Origin: Macrostomum lignano
Lineage: Eukaryota
DNA: 64,000 nt
Assembly: GCA_002269645.1 (NCBI GenBank)
Contig: NIVC01001546.1
Location: forward strand, 62,001 to 126,000
Direction: 5' to 3'
Shown here: positions 36,426 through 48,598 of the stretch, one piece after another
Layout of the letters: each line of letters opens with the position of its first letter
Position numbering within the stretch: the first letter of the stretch is position 1
Made by a program: the position numbers and the translations under genes
The notes under the pieces: generated by a model
What the model saw: only the letters and a program-made list of their open reading frames with translations
Told to the model about the DNA's origin: nothing
Database searches by the model: none

Positions 36426-36721
36426 AGTATGGCATACATTTGTTTGAATACAATGCAATTACATTGTAGGGATAAATTGAACATTTAAATTGGGTTAATA
36501 GTATGGGTAATAAAAATTTAATGCTTAACATAAATAACTTCGAATGGAACTTCGTGCTTTAAAAAGAATCTGAAAAGTAAATATGGGCATGGTAATTTTA
36601 TCCTAATTGCTAAGAGCCTGAGCCTTCTAGAAGCTCCCCTTATGCTAAAATATAACATCTGTAATTCATTCAGCGCAATTCTGTCAGTCGAACAGTTCCT
36701 AGACTAGTCTATAATTTATGT

Positions 36722-36935
36722 TACATAATTATCTCTCATAATTTATCACTCTCATAATTTATCGCTCTCATAATTATCACTCTTATTATAATTTGTCACT
36801 CTCATAATATCACTTTCATATTTTGTCACTCATAATTTATCCAAGGACGACTAAAGTAAGTCCTTGAATTTATCACGCTCATAATTTGTCACTCTCATAA
36901 TATATCTCTCATAATTTGTAATACTGTCACTCTCC
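36722..36935. repeat. AT-rich minisatellite, about 16-bp unit
   Basis: CTCATAATTTATCACT-type units in degenerate tandem. Confidence 0.8.
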
Positions 36936-39900
36936 ATACTAAATTTCTGTCATCCTGCCTAGGATTTTTCTATACCAATTAGTTCAGTAATAATTCAGTT
37001 CAGTCATTACCCCCAATCAATTCTGCTTGCCGATGAGCTGGTGCAGAATAATGTTTCTCGTCCGTCCGTCTGGAGCCCGAACTTGAACGCCATCGGCACT
37101 CCGCGCACGACTCAGAGTCACGTAGAGTTGGCCGTGCTGAAAGCAGGCCGTCGCCAGGTCGACGGCGTAGGTGCTCAGTGTCTGGCCTTGGCTACGGTGG
37201 ATGGTCATGGCGAAGCACAGTCGGATCGGGAACTGCAGGCGGCGGAAGGTGAAGGGCAGCTCGGTTGGACTCGGCTCCTGCGGGATCCGCGGGATGAAAA
37301 CCTGCCGCCCGCGGTAGACGCCCGTGGCGACCTCCGCGAGCAGGACGTTGTCCCGCAGTTCGCGCAGCAGCAGCCGGGTCCCGTTGCACAGCAGCGGAGG
37401 GTCCAAGTTCCTCGTCATCATGACCGGCATGCCGACCTTCAGCTCTAGCCAGTGATGTGGCAGGCCGTTGGGGTCCAGCCGGTTCAGCAGCTCCGGCGGG
37501 AAGTTGGTCGCTGCTGTGTCGGGCAGAATCGAGTCGACTGACAGGTAGACCCGACTCTCACCGGGGAAGAGCGCCAAGTAGGCGGCGTTGGCTTCGTCTA
37601 CGGTCTTGTTGAGCGGTTCCATATTTTATTTTTAGTAGCCGGAAGATTTCTGTAAAGGCAATGTGCATTGACACGGCACATACAAAAGAGCATCAACATA
37701 GTTTTCTCACCTGCATGAGAAAATCTGCGTAGCCCTGGAAAGCAGAACCGCTCTCCAACCGCAGATTTTTTGTCAGCTGGTGCCTTCGGAAGTGCGGCCA
37801 CAACTCTGACCGAGTCAAACAGGCCTCGATGGTGTTGGCATGCGTTCCTCCGGGCACCACAGCCAGCAGCTGGCGAAAGTCGCCAGCCAGCACCAGCAGC
37901 ACTCCTCCGAACGGCCGGTCGTTGCGCAGCAGCTCCCGCAGAGACAGCTCGACCATCTCCAGGTCCTTGCGATGCGTCATTGGCTCTTCGTCCCAAACAA
38001 TGAGCCGCGAATCCCGCAGCATCTCAGCCAGCTTGCTCCGTCGGCCAATGGAACAGAAGGCATTGTCGAGACGCACCGCGCTGACGGGGATCTTGAACCT
38101 GGGCAGTTTTGAACACCATTTTATATGCAGAGACAATATTATAATTTGCAGAAGTACTGCATGTACATACATGTAAGCGTGATCTTAAATGAAAAATACA
38201 GAAAATGGCTTATCCTGTAAAAAAATTGATGTCATTAATCCCAGTTATTTTGACATTTTAATTTCTTAGTAAACAGTTTGAAGACAACTCACATGGAATG
38301 TGCGGTCCTTCCCCCGGGAAGAATGGTTGCCGCAATTCCAGACGACACCACGGCAACAGCGATCTGACGCCTTGCTCGAACGTACTTCAGCAGCAACGTC
38401 AGAAAGAACGTCTTTCCTGTTCCGCCGAGGGCATCGATAAAATGCAGTCCACCGCCGCCGGTCTCCAGATTGGACTGCACGGCCTCAAAAATCATTCGCT
38501 GCTCTTCTGTTTGCATGCCGATCTGGGCCTCGACTTCCGCGTGGAGCTCAGCGGCTTCTTGCGGTGTCTGTAGGCAGTCGAAATGCTGGCGACTCTGAGA
38601 AAAAAATTCAACTTTCAGCGTTCAAGTTAAAGTGCGCTTTCGATTTCTGATAATACTAAATAAAGATTTAATGAAATTCACCTGATCTGGCTGAACATGG
38701 GACTCAGGCAGTCCGTAGGCAGGCAGCTCAGCGCCTCCCATGGTGTCCAGCAGTTTCTGCAGCTCTCGCAGAACCTCCGACTCGGCAGCCTCAGGGCTAT
38801 AGCCTTGGTGCAGCAGATCACCAGCCAACTCGCTGGAAAACTTCTGCCACAGCTTTGCCGGGTCGCTGGAGTCGCCATGCGACAGAATGGCAGCGAAAAG
38901 GCGGCGCAGAGCCGCTGGCAGCCGCGTCTTCGAGGCTTTGCACAGGCATAGCCGCCAGTGCCTGTCGTCCTCCAGGAGTCCGCGAGCCTGGCATGCGGCC
39001 TTGAAAGTCGGCAGCAAGACGCTGTCTACGGTGCGCAACGCCTCGAACGACGTCGTGCCTCGCACATTCACCAGCAGCAGGCGCAGGTAAAAACAGTCTC
39101 CCATTCGAGGGCTGACTGTGTAGACGCGGCCGATGTTGGCAGTCGTCAGCACGCCAGCCGGCTAATCAGCAGCGACTCGGCCGCGACCTGCGCGATGCCA
39201 CTGGTGCGCACTTCTGTCCCAAGTGAAGTGCCGGGGCACCTGGTACAGCAGGCCTCGTGCAACTGCATCCTGGCGGCAGAGCTGCGAGAGATTAGGATTT
39301 TGATTAGAGAAGTAAGAGTCACAGTTGATACATTTTAATGTTAATTTTACCAATATGGGGTCTTAATTTTCAGGAATAACTTACATCAAAAAAGGCGGTC
39401 AATGTCGTGGGCTTAGGCTGAGCAGCAACAGCCTGAGCTGTCTCGGGCGTGAAGCAGACGCGCTGGTCGTCCTTCAGATGAACGGCCAGCCTGATGACAG
39501 CGACTGTGATGATACCGACTGTGCACTTTAAAGCCCAAGATGGTGTTGACCGCCTCCATGGGACCAATGTACCGGCCCAGAAGGTACTCTTTAATCTCAT
39601 CGATCTCCTTGCGCTTCGCCGGCGCCGCCTTGGTCTGAGCTGACTGCTGGGGCTGCTGATCGCCACTGGCCTGAAGAGCCGCCGCATCGCCAGCCGTAGC
39701 AGCATGGCTGTCGGCCTTCGCAGCAGCAGCAGCAGCTAGGTCCTTCCGGATTTGGAATTTCGCCATCTCACTGCCCTTAGTTATGTACTTGACGACGTAC
39801 TTTATCGCCTTGACTGTCGCGCAGATCTCGACGTTCAGGTGACACCTAAACTCGCACAGCAGCGCAGGGCAGTACGGCACCACCCAGCGGTTGTCAAAGG

Positions 39901-41248
39901 TGAAATTCGCCTTGTGCCGCGCAGCTTTGCGACCTTCATCACCGAGAAGCCGCCCATCTCGGTTGATCTGCGACGATAGTGCGGGTAGCCGTCCTCTTGA
40001 ATCATCGTTACTGCCTGGAATTCTCTCGGATAGCACTTGCTGCATGCGCCATTCTCCATGCACGACGCGGCTGGATCCAGCTGCATTCCACAGGGACCAT
40101 GCAGGAGATTCTCAGCGACTAGCTTGTGCAGGTCCGCGTCGGCAACGGGATCTGGGAGTTCTGCACTGATAATGGCGTCATTCTGGTCCGGCTTCAGCTT
40201 GACAGCCAACCAAAGCAGTGCGTGCACGTGGGGAAGACCTGATTAAAGTGGGATTTGGTTCATAAATAAAAAGTTTATTTATTCAGATGATCAGCAAATA
40301 TAAGTATTTTTCAATTGTCTAGATATTTAAAGTATGCCATGAATATTGGTATGATAGTAGTTACCTCGCTTTTGGTAACTCGACAGCGCAGACTCGAGCC
40401 AGCGTGTCCCTAAACAGACTCTTTAGCCTGTCGAGGAAGGTCTTCTTCTTCAGCTCGAACACCCGGGCGGTGATGTCCGGCCGATCCACGGCAGTTTGGC
40501 CAGGCAGCAGCTCAGCAAGGATCTCAGGCCACTTCGGGTTACACGTCATCGCCAGGAACAGGTCTGGGCGGCCGAAGACGTGCACATACGCCATGGCATC
40601 CTGCTGACGTTCCACACGGTACCGACGGCCACCGACGTAGCTAGACGCCAGGATGACGTGGTTCCCGATGTCGATCCGCATCGGGTCGATCTCGCTCGGG
40701 TCCCCGTCGTTCGCATGGAGGGCGTCTCACAATCCGCGCAGGCGCTCTGACAGCAGGTCCTTCTGGTGCAGCCGGATGTAGTTGAGCCTCTCCGACTCAA
40801 TCTTGGCAGCCTGGTCGACCAGATACTGCTGGAACAGCCGGCCTCCGTAGTGCAGGCTGTTGAACTGGCCTGAGCGCACCTGGATCATGAAGGCGTAATA
40901 CTTCATGATAGTGATGGCACGATCCTGCTTGAGTCCGATGCTCCAGCCGTCCTCACCAAATGGGAACAACAGGACGTAATCCAAGGGATCGTAGGAGCGG
41001 TGGGTGTCACAGATGCTCTGGAGGCCTGTGAATCAAAGATGATCGATGGGCGAATTCGTATTTTCTTAATGCAAATACAGCAATTACTACATCAATTAAA
41101 CTGAATACCTGAATAGGCCAATTCACACAAAAGCAAGGGATAATAAATTGCTTCAATATTCAAGGGATGCATGTGGCATTAGCGATATATAATTGTTCAT
41201 CTTATTATCATATGAAGAAGTCTGAGTCTTTTGAAAACATTTGTATTA

Positions 41249-41398
41249 TGTAACGGCTAGCCTAATGACTTTCACTCGTAGTCTATGACACCACTTTTGC
41301 TTTCACGCACCGTGCTACTCTATTTAACCCACGGGCATAATCAAATATAAAACCAACCGTGTTCCTTTAAGATTCGCCTTGATCAGCAAGCCGCCAAA
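41249..41398 (+). repeat. 5' LTR of gypsy element
   Basis: TGTAACGGCTAGCC...GCAAGCCGCCAAA; differs from the 3' LTR by about seven substitutions and two indels. Confidence 0.95.
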
Positions 41399-41399
41399 C

Positions 41400-41413
41400 T
41401 GGTGAGCCCGACT
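41400..41413 (+). promoter_or_regulatory. Primer-binding site, tRNA-Trp-like
   Basis: TGGTGAGCCCGACT, 1 nt after the LTR; one mismatch in the first 13 nt to the tRNA-Trp PBS TGGTGACCCCGAC. Confidence 0.7.
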
Positions 41414-41432
41414 GCTCAAATAGCTTTTGAGT

Positions 41433-42236
41433 ATGCCCGAACACGAAGAAGCTAACGGTAGCACAACTGACGGAGCTGCTGTCAATGCTTCAGAACCTTC
41501 AGAACCTGAAGTCACCTTTGCAGTCGGCGGAACCACAGCTCCCATCAATGCCATGGCACTCAAGCTGCCGCAGTTCTGGACCTCCCAGCCCCGAGCTTGG
41601 TTCATCCAAGCAGAAGCGCAGTTAACATTGCGAGGCATTACACAGGACGAGACCAAATACCACTACCTGGTCGCAGCACTTGACCAACTGTCTGCCGAGC
41701 GAATCCTAGACATGCTTGAGAGCCCTCCCAACACGGGCAAGTACATGCAGCTGAAAGCTCGCCTGCTTGGCACTTTTAGTTTGTTGCGACAACAGCGGGC
41801 CAACCGGTTGCTCAACATAGCTGGCCTCGGCGATAGGCGGCCGGCCGAACTAATGGATGAAATGTTTGCTCTGCTGGGCGACCATTCGCCGTGCCTGCTT
41901 TTTGAAGAGCTTTTCCACCAGCAGCTTCCGGTGGACATCCGCATGGCGTTAGTCTCCGCTGATTTTAAAGAGCCGCGAGCAGTGGCGCTCCTCGCCGACA
42001 AGCTCTGGGCCAGCCGACCGCAGCCAGTGGTTGCAGAAGTTCAGCAGCCCGACCTTCCTGTGATCGCAGTCGAACGTCAGAGCGGCACCAACCGCTTTAG
42101 CAGGACTCAGCCACCCCAAGGTCGCGCCGGGGAAGCCAAAGGCCTTTGTTACTATCACAAGAAGTTCGGCGTGAAGGCTAGACGCTGCGAAGCACTATGC
42201 AAGTTTCAGGGAAACGAGCAGGCCGGCCGTCAGTGA
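41433..42236 (+). CDS. gag: Gypsy Gag (open)
   Basis: LKLPQFWTSQPRAWFIQAEAQ...TKYHYLVAAL, GLGDRRPAELM, C-terminal CYYHKKFGVKARRCEALC. Confidence 0.95.
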   Translation: MPEHEEANGSTTDGAAVNASEPSEPEVTFAVGGTTAPINAMALKLPQFWTSQPRAWFIQAEAQLTLRGITQDETKYHYLVAALDQLSAERILDMLESPPNTGKYMQLKARLLGTFSLLRQQRANRLLNIAGLGDRRPAELMDEMFALLGDHSPCLLFEELFHQQLPVDIRMALVSADFKEPRAVALLADKLWASRPQPVVAEVQQPDLPVIAVERQSGTNRFSRTQPPQGRAGEAKGLCYYHKKFGVKARRCEALCKFQGNEQAGRQ

Positions 42237-42253
42237 ACAGCTCGGCGGCCGGC
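42209..42253 (+). promoter_or_regulatory. -1 programmed ribosomal frameshift signal (gag-pol)
   Basis: Slippery heptamer G GGA AAC (42209-42215) in gag frame, 6-nt spacer, 10-bp stem GCCGGCCGTC (42222-42231) / GGCGGCCGGC (42244-42253); pol is in the -1 frame. Confidence 0.8.
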
Positions 42254-45121
42254 GACAGCAGTCTGCTCCTCATCCCGGATGTACAGTCAGGCCGGCGCTT
42301 CCTAGTGGACACAGGCGCCGAGGTCAGTATTTTCCCGGTCGCCGGAACAGACGCCCGACTGAAGCGCCAAGGACCACCGCTCTATGCAGCCTACGGCAGT
42401 AAAATCCGGACTTTCGGCACACGCCAGCTCACTCTGGATCTTGGCATCCGGCGTTGCTCGTGGCCTTTCGTTCTATCAGCGGTTTCCCGACCACTAATCG
42501 GCGCAGATTTCCTCCGGCACCACGGGTTGCTGGTGGACCTGCCGCAGCGGCGCCTGCTCGACGCCCAATCCCTGGCGAGCATCCACCTTTTGAACGGAGC
42601 TGGTCCTGGCTTGCAGCTCTCTGCAGCCGCTGTTGCGGACCCATATAGCCAGCTGCTAGCAGATTTTTCTGCCCTCACCGAGCCGTGTTTCCGCCGAGCC
42701 CAGCCGCGCCACGGGGTCGAACACTACATCCCGACCAACGGCCCGCCGGTCCATGCCCGCCCCGCCGCCTGCCACCGGACAAGCTGGCGGTGGCCAAAGA
42801 AGAATTCCGACTCATGGAGCAGCTCGGCATCGTGCGCAGGTCAAACAGCCCTTGGTCATCGCCCCTGCACATGGTGCCCAAGTCTTCGGGTGGCTGGCGA
42901 TCTTGTGGCGATTTCAGGCGCCTAAATGATGTCACTGTGCCAGATCGCTATCCAGTGCCGCACATTCAGGATTTCTCAGCGCGACTGGCTGGATGCTCAG
43001 TTTTTTCAAAAATCGACCTCGTCCGTGGATACCATCAGGTGCCAGTGACGCCTACAGATGTTCCAAATACAGCCGTAATCACCCCGTTTGGACTTTTTGA
43101 ATTTCTGCGGATGCCTTTCGGGTTAACAAAACGCGGACTCTGTAAGCAAATACGAAATCCAAGTCTTGGCAAACATTGACGATTTCCTAGTGGCCAGTCA
43201 CAACCCGGACCAGCACTTGAAGCACTTGCGAACGCTGTTCCAACGTATGGCTAGCAATGGTTTTCTAGTCAACCCCGCGCAGTGCCAGTTCGGCCGCAGT
43301 GAAATTGATTTCCTCGGCCATCGAATCAGCGCTCAGGGAGCCGTGCCGCTGCCCTCAAAAGTTGACGCTGTCGTTCGTTTTGCACCGCCCACCACCGTCA
43401 AGAGCCTGCAGGAGTTTGCCGGCATGATAAACTTCTACCACCGCTTTGTGCCGCGAGCCGCCCAGCTACTGCGCCCCATTTATGTGGTAACGGCTGGAAA
43501 AGGCAAACTGGTCCGTTGGACACCCGAGCTGACGGCCGCATTTAATAATGCTAAGCAGGCCCTGGCAGGTGCGGCAATGCTGACGCACCCACTGCCAAAG
43601 GCACCCATCGGCCTGACCGTGGACGCTTCTGACATCGCTATTGATGCCGCTCTGGAGCAGCGAGTTGGCAACCGCTGGCTTTCTTCAGTCGCCAGCTCCG
43701 TGCTCCGGAGCAGAAATACAGTGCTTTCGACCGCGAGTTGCTAGCCTTGTACCTGGCTGTCCGGCACTTTCACTACTTTCTAGAAGGTCGGGTTTTCACT
43801 GCTTTCACAGACCACAAGCCACTGGTCGCAGCTATGTCAAAAATATCGGATATGTGGTCAGCCAGGCAGCAGCGACACTTTGCTTCCATATCCGAGTTCA
43901 CAACGGATATCCAGCACATCGCTTGCAAAGAAAACCCGGCAGCGGACGCGCTTTCTCGGTGTACGGCGGCAGCAGTTCAGTCGCATTGGCTCCCCGGCGT
44001 GAACTTCGAGGAGATGGCGAGGACGCGACAGGCGGTCCCAGTGGCTCACACAAGTAGTAGCCTTCAGCTGGCGCGAGTGAAGATCGGCCCAGGACTGGTG
44101 TTGTTGTGCGACACCTCTACCGGTCGGCCACGCCCACTCGTGCCTCCGGAGTTTCGCCGTGCTGTTTTTGACGCAATTCACGGCCTCGCGCACCCATCGG
44201 TTCGCACCACGCGCCATTTGGTGGCCGAAAAATTTGTGTGGGAAAAAATGAACCAGGACGTCACCCAGTGGGCCTGTGTCGCTTGCCAGAGAGCTAAAGT
44301 CCATCGACACGTCGCCGCATCCATCGAAGGCATCGGGGTCTCCGGACAGCGTTTTGCCCATGTCCACGTGGATCTGGTAGGACCGCTGCCGCAGTCACAG
44401 GGTTTCACTCACTTGTTTACCATCGTGGACCGCTTCACTCGGTGGCCAGAGGCAATTCCCATGACGGATACTTAAGCAGCAGCCTGTGCATCAGCTTTTA
44501 TTTCCCATTGGGTCGCCCGCTTTGGCGTGCCAAGTGACATTACATCGGACAAGGGCTCGCAGTTCACTATACAGCTGTGGACGAACTGCTCCCGGAATGC
44601 AGCTGCACCGGACAACGGCTTTTCACCCGCAGTCGTATGGGCTGGTCCAGCGCTTTCATCGGCATTTAAAGGCTTCATTGATGGCGCGCTTATCTGGACC
44701 GACATGGGTCAACGAGCTGCCCTGGGTGCTTCTCGGCATCCGCACGGCTCCCAAGGAAGATCTGCCAGCATCATCAGCAGAGTTGGTGTACGGGGCACCT
44801 ATCAGCGTACCCGGAGAGTGCCTACTACCCAGCCCACCCGACACTCTGGGCTACGACCAGTTCCCGCTGCAAGTGCGCAGAGCAGTGCAGGCTTTTCGGC
44901 CGGTGCCAACGTCGCACCACGGCAGCCGTCCATCTGCTTGGCCCGCGGCCCTCGGTACCTGCACGTTCGTATTCGTCCGTCGAGACGGCCACCGCGCGGC
45001 GTTGCAAAGACCGTATGATGGGCCATTCAAGGTCATTGAGCGGGAAGCCAAAGCCTTTCTGTTAGATCTAGGCACCCGGAAAGATCGAGTCAGCGTGGAC
45101 AGGTTAAAGCCTGCGCTGTAG
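42209..45121 (+). pseudogene. pol: Gypsy Pol (PR-RT-RNase H-IN), frameshifted
   Basis: FLVDTGAEVS; SPWSSPLHMVPK, DFRRLN, FSKIDLVRGYHQ, IDDFLV (Y of YxDD lost in a deletion/filler); TVDASD, DRELLA, TDHKPL; HGLAHP, HVDLVGP, SDKGSQF, GPFKV. Confidence 0.95.
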
Positions 45122-45347
45122 AACACTGCTGATCCCATTCCACAGCCGGCGCTACGCCCTCGAGGTCGACCCAGGCGGGCACCAGTCAGTATCGTTTTGC
45201 CTCACACCGGTTGGAGAGCTACAGACTCGCTAGTTCGGCAGCCAGTCGAGCACACGGACATGACACAGCCAGCCGCCAATCATTGTTCAGCGTCGCCGAC
45301 AGCCTCATCAGTGTCGGCCAGTACACTTCTGCAAGTAGCTTGGTGCT

Positions 45348-45360
45348 GGGGGGGGGGAGC
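45348..45360 (+). promoter_or_regulatory. Polypurine tract
   Basis: G10-AGC just upstream of the 3' LTR. Confidence 0.8.
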
Positions 45361-45362
45361 TG

Positions 45363-45515
45363 TGTGGCGGCTAGCCTAATGACTTTCACTCGTAGTCTAT
45401 GACACCACTTTTGCTTTTACGCACCGCGCTACTCTATTTATTTAGCCCACAGGCATAATCAAATATAAACCAACCGTGTTCCTTTAAGATTCGCCTTGCT
45501 CAGCAAGCCGCCAAA
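45363..45515 (+). repeat. 3' LTR of gypsy element
   Basis: TGTGGCGGCTAGCC...GCAAGCCGCCAAA followed by TSD ATTA. Confidence 0.95.
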
Positions 45516-48446
45516 ATTAACAAATAAAAATAGTTTTAACATAAAATTTCGGGCCCCAAAACTCACCCCTGCCCCTCAGACGCAAAATCACGTCCCGCCG
45601 TCGCGTCTGGGCTGCGCCTTCGGTATCGTCAAAGTCCGTCAGGATGCCGACTTCACTGCACTCAGGCAAATTGAAGCGCCTGGCATGCTCCCCAGATGGA
45701 CGGGCATCGGGGTTGATGACGACCTTGGCGCTTTGCAGCTGAGGGTCGTTGCGGAGCAAGTCAACGGCGGACTTAAGGCTGCGCACGTAGCCGTTGCACG
45801 CATGCAGCATGGCTTGGAGCTCTTCCAGCACACGACCGTTCAGTCCGGTGGCCCACTGCAGCCGGGTTTGCAGCTCCTGGTCGACGAAAAAGACCTGGCA
45901 GAATCTGGCCTCATCCCATGGATCCGGCAAGAGGCTGCCGATCCGATGGTGCATCTGACCATGGAGGATGAAGCTCGGGTTCCAGCCGGGCTGTTCCTGC
46001 TCCTTGGCACCGAGTGACGTCATGTGGAGCGCGCCGTTGTACTTCCTGATGTCCTTCAGGAACTGCGAGCTGTCGGGGTGCTGGCCAGTCAGAAGCCGTT
46101 TCAGGACATCAGGGAGGTCACGGCGGTGCTCCAGGACGGTCTGAGTTGAATTAAATTAAAAATATTTATCACTTTATGGCATTGGCTTGTCTTTGAACTC
46201 AACTTTCTATTAGCATTTAGTGTATCGCCTTTAGCTTAGATTTCAATGAAATATTGGATTTCTTAGTAGCTGTATCTGCAGTCGGGCTGCAGTAAATCAC
46301 GCAGTTGGTTTTATACAATAATTCATTTTATACAAAGATCGGCAAAAAAGGCATCAATGAGGCACGAAATTAAAGTATACTAAATAAAGAATGTCAACTC
46401 ACCTTTCCAGCACGGCAGCAAATGCCAGCTGACTCGTCCTTCCAGCGTAGCGCGCTGCAGTGCGGACATTGGCGGTCTATGCGACCAAGCACATGTGGCT
46501 GGTGTGCCAGATCAAGCAGCCTGTGGCAATGAAATAAAAAAAGCATTTTAATCAGGACTTATCCTTGAAAATCCAGATCTACATGCAGAAAGTTTAATAG
46601 TCTCAGAGAATGAGCAGCCGCACATAAGGTGACCGGAAATTTCGTCAAATACCTTTTCTTTAAATAGTCATTTTGGTCATTTCGTCAAAAATTGTGGTAA
46701 AGAGAATAGAGATGTGTGCTTGGATAATGGTAGTATAATGGTTGTTTAAAGTGAAATGTTTCTAAGAAAAACATCTTTTAATTTTTTAAAAATTTTCAAA
46801 GCAAACCCATTCTTCTTTTCTTAGAAACCCATCGCTTAAGCAAAAAGTTGTAAAGTCTCTCTTAGAATAGTTAGCTTAAATTAGCAGGACAATATATTAC
46901 TTACTTAGAAAACTATTTTAACTTAAATTTAAAATAGAAATGGGCTCTATTTTATCTACCGTTTGACGAAATGACGAAATGACTTTTTGAATAGCAGAAT
47001 AAAATATAAGAACCCCTTTTACCTGTCTTGGCGCCAATCTGCCTGTGCCTGTAGACGGCCTTCGCGGTCGTCAGCAGACTCAGCCACGCGATGCTGACTC
47101 TGGCGTTGCCGCTGCGCCTCCAGGCGACGCAGATGGACCGTTTCGTCCTCGGATTTACGGCATCCGGCTGTGCGCAGTCGATCCGCCTCAAGGCGAAGCT
47201 GTCGCTCAACTTCGCCTTCAGCCTCACGGCTTTCGGCTGTGCGTAGTCGATCCGCCTCAAGGCGATGCTGGCGCTCAACTTCGCCTTCTGCTTCACGGCT
47301 GTTGGCTGCGCGCAGTCGATTCGCCTCAAGGCGATGCTGGCTCTCATCGGGTGTCTCAGACGCCCTGCGCTTCTTGGCTGCCGATGCAGCGCGCGTTGAA
47401 CGGGAAATATTTCCGCGTTTTCGTGGCATTTTAAACAAATGAGTAAATTATAAATAGAAAAGAAAAAAAGAGCAAAAAAGATCCAAATAGCAAAATTAGC
47501 AAATTGGAGAAAGCTGCTATAGAAAGAAGTAAGCCTGAATTGAAAATTAGTCTCCTTAAGAAGCGCCCAGTGTACACGATATTTCGTCAGTAAAAATCAA
47601 TAAAAAAGAACCTTAAGCCCCAACCAGTCTGCCCCAGCCAATGCAAGGGGCTGACTAAACGCGCCGATAATAAAACCAATTGAATCTCGGCACAGTCCTT
47701 GCTATTTGCTTACACTGTACAACTGCTATGTACACTCAATCCAAGCCCACCCCCCATTCCGGGGGAATCACTAAATTTAACTCAACCCCCAACACGCGGG
47801 GGATTTATTTGCATTGAACACGGAACACGCGCAGTTTTCTGCTTTTTTAGGGATGTTAAAATGTGAAAATTAAAAATTAAAATAGCCTAATACCTGCTCC
47901 GAAAATTTTTGCAGTTTTCCTATATAAGTTTCGACACTGACTTGCCAGTATTGTAAGCGTTATATACAACATACAGACAGACAAACATCGCGTCAGTTTT
48001 AGTATTAGTATAGATGGCTCAACCGATTTTCTTCGAACTTGCACTGTCGATCAGAAATTTTTCTGTGACGGTATTTGCATCGTGGCTGAGAAATTGCTCG
48101 ATGCTAAAGGCATTAAATATTCGAAAAACATGCTTTTTTGCAAAGGTCAAGCAAACTTTTCAACTTAAAATGCATTATAAGAATGCTAGAGAAAAAACTG
48201 ACTAGTTGAATTCTGATTCTGAAATAGATTGCATCACAAAAGGCTTTTTATTTATCGTCTGTGTACTGGCTGAATTTTGACACTGAATTGAACTGCGTCA
48301 CAGCGTTGAGTGTGGAAGCATAGCACACACAGTACTTGATTTATACTGCGTAACCATATTGTTAACTTTAAGACTATTAATTAATTATGTCATAACTGCT
48401 TCGTGTGACTTTTGCTCTAACTGACTTGGTGTGAGCGTTGAATTAT

Positions 48447-48598
48447 AAGTGCTAAAAATTCATTTATAAATTCGATGAGAGCTAGCCTAGAGCTGAACAG
48501 ACTGGACTACTAATGCAGTGACCTGGGTTCGAATATTAGTAGTGTAAAAGTAGTGTAAATTTTTATTGAACTGTGCTTTTAAACGACTCATTAAAAAG
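48447..48598 (+). mobile_element. tRNA-derived SINE-like head, copy 1
   Basis: A-box-like TAGCCTAGAGC (48483-48493), anticodon-arm-like CTGGA-CTACTAA-TGCAG, B-box GGTTCGAAT (48526-48534); homologous to 54620-54740. Confidence 0.55.

Larger units (their letters stand above)
41249..45515 (+). mobile_element. Ty3/gypsy LTR retrotransposon, full-length provirus, antisense in Helitron intron 3
   Basis: LTRs 41249-41398 and 45363-45515; TSD ATTA (41245-41248, 45516-45519); PBS and PPT present; gag and PR-RT-RH-IN order. Confidence 0.97.
37017..47429 (-). pseudogene. Helitron RepHel (HUH Rep plus Pif1 helicase), 9 coding segments
   Basis: Exons 47429-47023, 46520-46403, 46140-45567, 41025-40365, 40238-39385, 39281-38682, 38594-38293, 38098-37711, about 37622-37017; GT-AG with matching phases for introns 1-7. 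Motifs CPHCSALRWKDE..CC..GK, MTCNPKWPEI, GLPHVH, KYVVKYITKG, GGTGKT, WDE, GDFRQ, FAMTIHRSQGQT, GQLYVTLSR. Several stops and frameshifts plus a deletion before the last exon. Confidence 0.95.
37017..48014 (-). mobile_element. Helitron (rolling-circle transposon); 5' end defined, 3' end not located
   Basis: 5' terminus A|TCTATACTAATACT at 48014 followed by a GTTTGTCTGTCTGT tract; RepHel gene inside; no hairpin+CTRR 3' end found. Confidence 0.92.

Noticed and set aside
36600-37016. Helitron 3' end
   Set aside because: Several CTAG sites, but none has a GC-rich hairpin about 11 nt upstream on the minus strand.
46620-46990. GTCATTTCGTC inverted motifs in Helitron intron 1 (possible MITE)
   Set aside because: No clear termini or TSD.
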